From: Klebsormidium nitens
Lineage: Eukaryota > Plantae > Klebsormidiophyceae
Assembly: GCA_000708835.1 (NCBI GenBank)
Contig: DF237020.1
Coordinates: 124,001 to 188,000 of the forward strand
Direction of reading: 5' to 3'
DNA length: 64,000 nt
Shown here: positions 56,951-64,000 of the stretch, piece after piece
Position numbering within the stretch: the stretch's first letter is position 1
Layout: each line of letters opens with the position of its first letter
Position numbers and translations under genes: made by a program
Notes under the pieces: generated by a model
The model's input: only the letters and a program-made list of their open reading frames with translations
The model's database searches: none
What the model was told of the DNA's origin: nothing

Positions 56951-59900
56951 ATGACCATGGATGAAGCAAGGCACAGGAAACTTGCCAAGGGCTACGCCTA
57001 CGAGCCAATGTCAGGCCCCGTTGCCACGAGCGGCTATCCAGACTTCGAAGGCAAACGGCAGCGGCAGCACTCTGCCAAGTATTCAGACGAGATGGTTCCG
57101 ACGCCTCGTTCAAGCCAGGGTCAGTGGGACGCGCGCGGGGTAAAGCGCAAGGCTGAGCATGCAAATGGGGGGGCCCACTGGCAGGAGGGGGGCAGGGGGG
57201 AGTATGTGGATGAAGACGTGAAGGCCGCAAAGAAGAAGGCCAAGAAGGAAGCCCTCATGCGGCAGTTGGCGGAGCTGCAGACGGCTAAGGCAACGCTTCG
57301 TCAGCGGGAGCAAGTGTTGCTGAGCGGTGGGTCTGCAAGGGACGACGAGTCGCGGGACGCTTGGCCGCAGAACGGGGGTGCGGCGCCCAGGCCGATGCAC
57401 CCCCCCCAGCAGCCGCAGCTGTCGCGGCAGGCGTCAGACGGCAAGGAGAAGCGGACGCCGAAAGCCAACGTGCTCTATGCAAATGAGTACGTGTCGGCAC
57501 CGACTGGGCAGGACCACTTAGCAGCCCACGCGTTGAGCAAGGGGGGATCGAACGGGAAGGCGGCGAAGCGGCCAGCCGGGGGGGATGCGCGTGCCGAGAA
57601 GATTGAAAAGGAGCGGGTGAAGCGGCGGGCGGCGATCTGGAAGAAGATCCTGGTGATGCACAACAGGAAGCTGATGGGGGACCGCCTGAACTCGTGGTAT
57701 TTTGCGGAGCCGGTCGACCCGGTACAGCTCAATATCCCAGACTACTTTACCGTGATCAAGCACCCGATGGACCTGGGGACGATCCGGAAGAAGCTGCAGC
57801 GGGAGCAGTACGCGAGCTTCGAGCAGTACGCGGCAGACGTGCGCCTGACGTTCCGCAACGCGATGACGTTCAACGGGCCCGAGAACAACGTGCACAAGGC
57901 GGCAAAGTTCCTGCTGCACGAGTGCTTTGATCAGCAATGGTGGCCCCCCATCATGCGAGACATTCAGCAGGACCGTGAGCAGACCAGGATCGAGGAGGAG
58001 GCGTTAGCTGAGGCCGAGTGGCAGGCCCCAAAAGTTCCGAAGGCCCCCCCGGCTGCGAAGAAGGCGCCCAAGGCCGCGAAGGCCCCCTCCGCAGCGCCGG
58101 CGTCGAGCAAGCAGAGCGGCGGGGGGTACGCGCAGCAGGTGCACAGGCCCCCCCCGCCGAAGCCGAAGGTCAAGCCGATGTCGATGGAGGAGAAGCGGGA
58201 CCTGAGCATCGCGCTGAGCGACATGGGGGCGGATCTGCTGACGGGGATCGTGGAGATCATCAAGGAGCGGCACGCGGAGCTCATGTCGAACGACGAGGAG
58301 CTCGAGCTCGACATTGATGCGCTGGATGATATCACGCTGTGGGCGCTGAAGCGGTATGTCGAAGAGAAGCAGGGGGAGGAGGCGGAGTCGCGGCCACCAG
58401 CGCAGGTGAGCTGCTCTTCCAACCATGTGACAGCATTTCTTGTTTAGTAGTGGGTTCACCAGCAGAAATGCTCTTCATGGAGCTCTTAAGCCATGTTTTC
58501 ACCTCATTTGGGTCGATATTTGTTCTGAGGTTCAGGGGGTGGGTTCTGGAGCAATTTGCAGGCAGTTGGAAGAGTCCCATTGGGGCTTGTCGAGGGGTTC
58601 TTGTGGAGGACCTTTACTTGAAAACGTTCAAGGCAGGGGCCCCAGGTCTTCGCCTCCTAGGCGTGCAGATGAGTCTCCAGGCTCCTTTTCAAGCTCTACC
58701 CTTTCCAGGCTCTACCCCCTACTAGAGTGAATCATCTGCACTTCTTGATCCCCTTACTGTTTGATATCATAATATCCTCATTCTTCACCCGTTCATCTCT
58801 TGTGCTTCTCTCTGCTTTGGTTCTCTGTGTGATTATCCCTCCAGTTTGAACGGTTTTCAGCTTTCACACATCTTTTTTTCTTGTTACTCCTCCTCCTTAC
58901 CCCCCCAAATCTGAACGGTTCTTCTGTATATCTCACATCGTTATGTTTGTTTCTCTGTGTTCTATCCCCTCAAGTCTGAAGGATTCTCTGATTTTTCACC
59001 CCTTCGTTTTTGTTCCTCCTTCTTATTCCCCCAAGACTGCAAGGTTCCGATTTCCACCTCTTATTTTTCATCCTCCGTCCCCTTATACCCCAAATTCTGA
59101 ATGGTCTCTTCTTTTTCATTCAGGAGGGCGACGGTTCCACCAACCACGACCGGGAGCCCATCACGCCCGCAGGGGGGTCCTCTGAGGAGGTGCCCTCGAA
59201 GCAGAAGAAGGCAAAGGGCCAGAAGTCGAGCTCCACCAGCTCTAGCAGTGGCTCCGAGTCGTCGGGCAGCGGTGAGTTCGCAGAGCTGAGATGCGAACTT
59301 TGGAGAGCTGAGGTTCTCGTTTGCTGACCAGTGGCGCCAGCATTTTTGTAATCACACATGGGACTAGTCGTCGGGAGAAGCAGTGGAGACTGTGCGCAAA
59401 AAGTGTGCATTCGATCTTCCCTAAAGTACCAGCATCTGACTGACATTTGTCAGCATCTGAGTAAAAAAAGACGACTTTTGTCAGCATCTGAGTGTACAAA
59501 GATAGGCGCAGGGAGGCAAGAAATAAGGAAACAAAGAACTCGGTTTTGAAGACCAAGCGTCTTGTGATGGCTTAAGGCCGTTGGTAACATCGGCACAATG
59601 GGATGTCTTGAACCTGCGTTCGTTGGAGAGGCAGCTCTTCCATTTGGATTGAAGCCGAATGGTCAAAAGTTACTGCCCCTTTCAAGTCATGGTTGACTTG
59701 GGAATGTGGATCCCGATCGTGCTACCTTTTTGCACGGCATAAAAGAAGCGCAGAAGCAAAGACCCTGCTTATGGCTATTGGTATGCTGCTTTCTGCATCT
59801 GATGAAAGGAGCGCAGAAGCAAAGCGGAAGCAAGTCAAGTCCTTGGTTTGGCCATGGTCAGGACGCCGTACTGGAATTTCTGCTGAGCTTCTCGTCAGTG

Positions 59901-62900
59901 CCTTTTGATTAGCAACTCACAGCGGTTCCACATGTTTTCGCAGGCTCCTCTGGGAACTCCTCAGGTTCTGGCAGCGAGTCAGAGGCTGACGAGACCAAGC
60001 AGAAGGTGCGTGCAAGCTAGCTCCTAGCTTGCTCGTGCCGTTTGCTGATACCTAGGAAATAGCTAGCGCATCGAGGTTAGAGGTCTCAGGGTGCTAACAT
60101 CTAGTATGTCCTCTAAAGGCCTTCGCTTGTGTTTCGCATCCGGTCAAGTCGTCCAAAAAAGACATTGTAAAGTAGCGGCTGGAGAGGGGCTTTCTGTAAT
60201 AGAAAGTGGCCCCGTATCTGATTATCGAGTTTCACGTTTCGGAAAGCTTTTTAAAGCACCAAGCTTTATTGTGCTGCTATGCGAAGCAAAGGATTGCACA
60301 GGACCGCACAGGACCGCAACTCACACTGCGAGTGATCCTCCAATCAGCTCTCTCCGTGTCTCGGCACGTCGTATGGACATAGAGGGCTTTCTCAGAAGCC
60401 CTCAGAAACTCTCGACTTAATGTTGACTGGTCAACAAACAGCGAGGCTGAAAAGTCGCTCGTTGTCTTCCTGCCCAGAAGGCTGCCGGTTCGGGTGACCG
60501 CCGGGGGGGCCCTCCTGCCAGCGCCAAGTCCCCGGGCAAGGCGCCAAAACGTGCGTAACTGAGGGTGTCCCCTCAAGCCTCTTTCTACTTGCTGCTTTTG
60601 TGAATGCTCAATAGCTTTTGGACCTGATCTCGACGTTTGAGAACGTTTTTCTCAAGAGGTGTTGCGTTTTCGAACGTGTCAGCCGAGTGTTGTATCAAAA
60701 CAGGTCCAAATTTGCATGAAGCGTTTCATAGAAAGCGCGAGCGTCGTTGAGGGGAAATGTTTGCACCAGAGTCTTGCCACGGAGAGCTTGCGAGAACATT
60801 TCGCCTTCTCCTAGTCAATCTACTGGCCCCAGGTAACTCAGCGGCGTAATGCATGCCTGACAAAGTCGCTGACTGCCCAGGCTGACTGCAAACAATCAGA
60901 TTTGCCTACATGTATCTGGTCTTACCAACGACCGACTTGGTTGCTCTGCTCGTGAGAGGAGACCCTGAGATTTAGGCCGTGTTTTATTTGACATGGAAGC
61001 ACTATCTATACAGCTTGAAGCACTTCGCATCCCGTCGGTTTAAGAAGGCGAACGGTCTCAAAGGAGTGGAGCTTCGAAAGCTTCTGATGCAGGAGATCCA
61101 GAAGGAAATTGGCGGAAAGTTGTTGGAGACAACAGCATTACCCACAAAGGGAAGTGGCCAAAAGCTGTTGAGCGCTTGTCCGCTTATTCCACTTTCTGAG
61201 TCTCAGAAGACAGCGTTCGGTTCTTATTTGTTAAACCGTACCGTTTGCAGAGGGCGAGAGGGGCCAGCCTGCCAGCGGCAGTAAAGCGCAGCTGCCCCTG
61301 GCCCCAGCCCCCGCAGCGCCTGAGGCCATCCCTGAGGCCATTCCCGAGGCCATTCCGGAGGTAGAAATGACAGGTAGGTTGAGCGCCAAGGGAAGCGCTC
61401 CTGAATCACAAAGATCTCTGGAGCTTGTGACACTCACTCTCTGGAAGGTTCCATTAAAAAGGCGCGCTTCTGGGGAGAATGGAATAGAGCAGACGTTCAG
61501 TCTGCGAGCCCTGCTTACCTGAAGAAACCTTTGGGATATTCCCGCTCCTGATGTTGTGGGAACGCCTTTCGAAGCACCGTTTGATCTCAAAGTTTCTGGA
61601 TCCTGATCTGGTTGGTTTCGATGCTGCCTGTGGTTTGACCAAGATCGTCATTGTCAAGTCTGTTGAAACTGACAGGCCCAGACTGCGTCACCCAGAATCG
61701 ACTCCAGAAGTCAAGCGACCTGGAGTTTGGGCTCTTTTCGGGTTCTTATTAAAATGAGGCCATTCCTTCGAAAGCGCACAACCCTCTGGTAGCCGGCCAA
61801 AGACCGAGAATATGTGCGTCACAGCGAGCAAACGACCTCCGTGCAAGCATGAAGAAGAATGACGAACGACGAACCAGAATGTTTCAATGCATGTTCGAGG
61901 ACAGGCGATCACCTCTTAAGAGTTCTGAGCCAGGTTCGCCTGCCTCTTACAGAGGAACAGCGCGAGAAGCACCGGCGAGCGCTGGAGCTCCGGGCCAAGT
62001 ACACTGACACTATCATCCAGGCGCGCACCTCCGACCTAGGGCCAAAAGCGCCAGTGTCAAGGGTGGGTGCTTTGAAGGGGCCGATGACTTGGCCATGTTT
62101 GCTCAACGTATGTACTGCTGAGTGCTTGATCAGAAAGCTTCGCTCAAAGCACAGCTGGTAAAGTCCCTTTTGTGTCGACTGCACAACCTGGTGCGGGTAA
62201 GGGTTCCGGATCTGCGAGGTCTCAGGTCCTCAAGCGGCTGACAGCAGTCGAAGGAAAGGTTGACAAGAAAGGTTCAAGAAAAGTTCGTCACGATATTATG
62301 CGAAGCGCTTGCAATTGGTCGTCATCAGAAGAGTGAGTCGTTCTGAGACTGTGTCGATGCCTCTCCTAGTCCTTCTACTGAGAATTCAACTCGCCGATCC
62401 TTGATACATGACCACAGATTGGCATGAATCATGTGCGAGTCCCGCAAAGAGTTTTCTACTACCATCGGTCAATCTCCGTTGGGCAGTCTGCATGCTAAAT
62501 GACGTCAACATGGCCCCTAGATTGGCAGCTTCGTTAGGTCGAAAATGGTAGGCACTCTGAATCACATCGATGCAATACGCCCCATTGTCGTGAGGAACCC
62601 ACAACTCACGATCAGCTCTTTGCAGCAAGGACTTCTTTATCTTTCAGGTGCAGCGCTGTTAGGATCAGCAGGCGCACCAGTTCACGGAATGTGATTTGGT
62701 AGAGAGCAAACCCAAAATACTCTCTTCTGAATAAACCGCCGATTTCTTGACCTCGTACCTCTCCCGCCCTTCCACAGAGCGCTGAGGAGATCCGCCGAGC
62801 GCAGGAAGAGCGGCGGCAGCGCGAGCTCGCGGAGGCGGCGCGCATCCGGAAGGAGGCCGAGGTGGCGCGGGCCGCCGAGCGCCGTGCTCGGGAGGCGGCG

Positions 62901-63771
62901 GCGGCAGAGGAGAAGAAGAAGATTGAGCAGCAGAGGGAGGCGGAGAGGCTGCGGCTACAGCAGGTGAGGGGATAAAGGCCGGGTATCGTGGCCGTGTTTT
63001 GTTGTGCTTAGGACTGTGGTTGCGGTCCGTTCATGAAACAAGTCATGATTGTGGCTTTGCGGATGTCCATCAGGTGCTGCTGTTTACACTTTGGAACAAG
63101 TTCGCGGTGCAACGGGAAGCCTGAACGGCGATATTTTGGCATTCGTCAATGGAGGAAATGCTCACGGGTCAGATCTGCACACTGGCAGACAAGCCGGCGT
63201 TCAAATCCAGTCGCTTTGAACCTTTGCCATCAGCAAAGGCGTGTTGTACTCCAAGCTTCAGGAGCGCTATGTACGGATTCCAGGCAACCTTCAGAAGTCA
63301 ATTGGTCAACGGTATGGGTATTGGCAGGTCTTGCGTTGAAATGACCCTTTTGTAAGAGGTCAGCTCCTCGAGCCCTGCGTTGCCTTCTCGATTTTCAGGC
63401 CCTATCATCCCTCCTCTTCTTTGCAGTTCAACCGCGGCGTCGAGCTGGACAGCCACGACATCGAGAAGGAGTACCAGAAGATCAAGACGCTGTCCCCCCA
63501 GGACGAGAGCCGCAGCCGCAGCCCCCACCTTTCGCCACCCTCCCCCGAGGCAGAGGCCGAGGAAGACAGCCCCGGGGGGGTGATGGAACAACTGGGCCTG
63601 GTCATACGTCACGATGACGACGAGGCCACAGATGACGAGTATGATGACGAGGAAGAAGAAGCGAACGGGGCCACGGAGAAGGACAGCGAGGGGGAGGAGG
63701 ATGCCGCGATGGAAGAGGGCGCGGGGGGTGCGCAGGCAGAGGAGGGCGAGATGGAAGACGGGGAGATTTGA
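56951..63771 (+). CDS. BET/GTE bromodomain + ET domain transcription factor (GTE8/9/11-like architecture)
   Basis: The bromodomain reads WYFAEPVDPVQLNIPDYFTVIKHPMDLGTIRKKL...DVRLTFRNAMTFN. The ET domain reads PMSMEEKRDLS...ELELDIDALDDITLWALKRYV. Next come Ser-rich exons, RALELRAKYTDTIIQA, a coiled coil (62778-62963) and a C-terminal MEQLGLVIR...EDGEI*. Confidence 0.9.
58840..59122 (+). repeat. Degenerate ~60-65-bp pyrimidine-rich minisatellite (about 5 units) at the 3' end of a GTE intron
   Basis: The motif cc(c)aa(a/g)(t)ctgaa(c/g/t)gg(t)t... recurs near 58845, 58907, 58971, 59031 and 59091. Confidence 0.6.
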
Positions 63772-64000
63772 GCGGGGGTGAGATGCTCGGGGCTCAAGGT
63801 TGAGAAGTGTAGGCAACGATCCGGGGTCGGTCTTTCAGTATGCCCGTTTGTTACTATGCGGTACAGTAGCTAGAGACGTATGGAGGTCTCGTTGAAGTGC
63901 TCGAGTGTTCGGTCTCGGGGTTTGGTTTCCAGCAACGCGGCCGCGCAAATGCGGTTTTGTTGTGCCGGCCGTCAATATCTTCAGAAAAATATAAACAAAA

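Noticed and set aside
61314-61365. 12-bp tandem repeat cc(t/c/g)gaggccat(c/t)
   Set aside because: It is ordinary coding low complexity (PEAI x3) within a GTE exon.

Overview
Intron-rich eukaryotic nuclear DNA from a green plant lineage. A streptophyte alga such as Klebsormidium is my inference, not a database result. I assembled 12 spliced protein genes by hand from GT-AG junctions: rhodanese-like (partial, +), class III formin with a RhoGAP-like domain (-), GAA1 (+), plastid-type NDPK2 (-), cyclophilin A (+), a Ycf3-cyclophilin fusion (+), AXR1/NAE1 (-), a FAM114-like protein (+), an F-box/LRR protein (-), RPL27 (+), VTI1 (-) and a BET/GTE bromodomain protein (+). The standout is at 27.4-32.0 kb. 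A complete plastid-type Ycf3 (photosystem I assembly TPR factor, normally plastid-encoded) has GC-rich nuclear-style codons and is fused in frame, within one exon, to a tandem-duplicated cyclophilin. It has no evident N-terminal transit peptide, but both cyclophilin paralogs end in a ~100-aa transit-peptide-like C-terminal tail. An in-frame splice route could also lend the upstream paralog's tail to Ycf3. Secondary themes are four arrays of decayed tandem copies of splice junctions (formin x2, GAA1 x2), a foldback/MITE with a TTA target duplication around an assembly gap, and an unexplained intergenic hairpin. Exon boundaries are manual and are less certain in the low-complexity parts of the formin, GAA1, FAM114-like and GTE genes.
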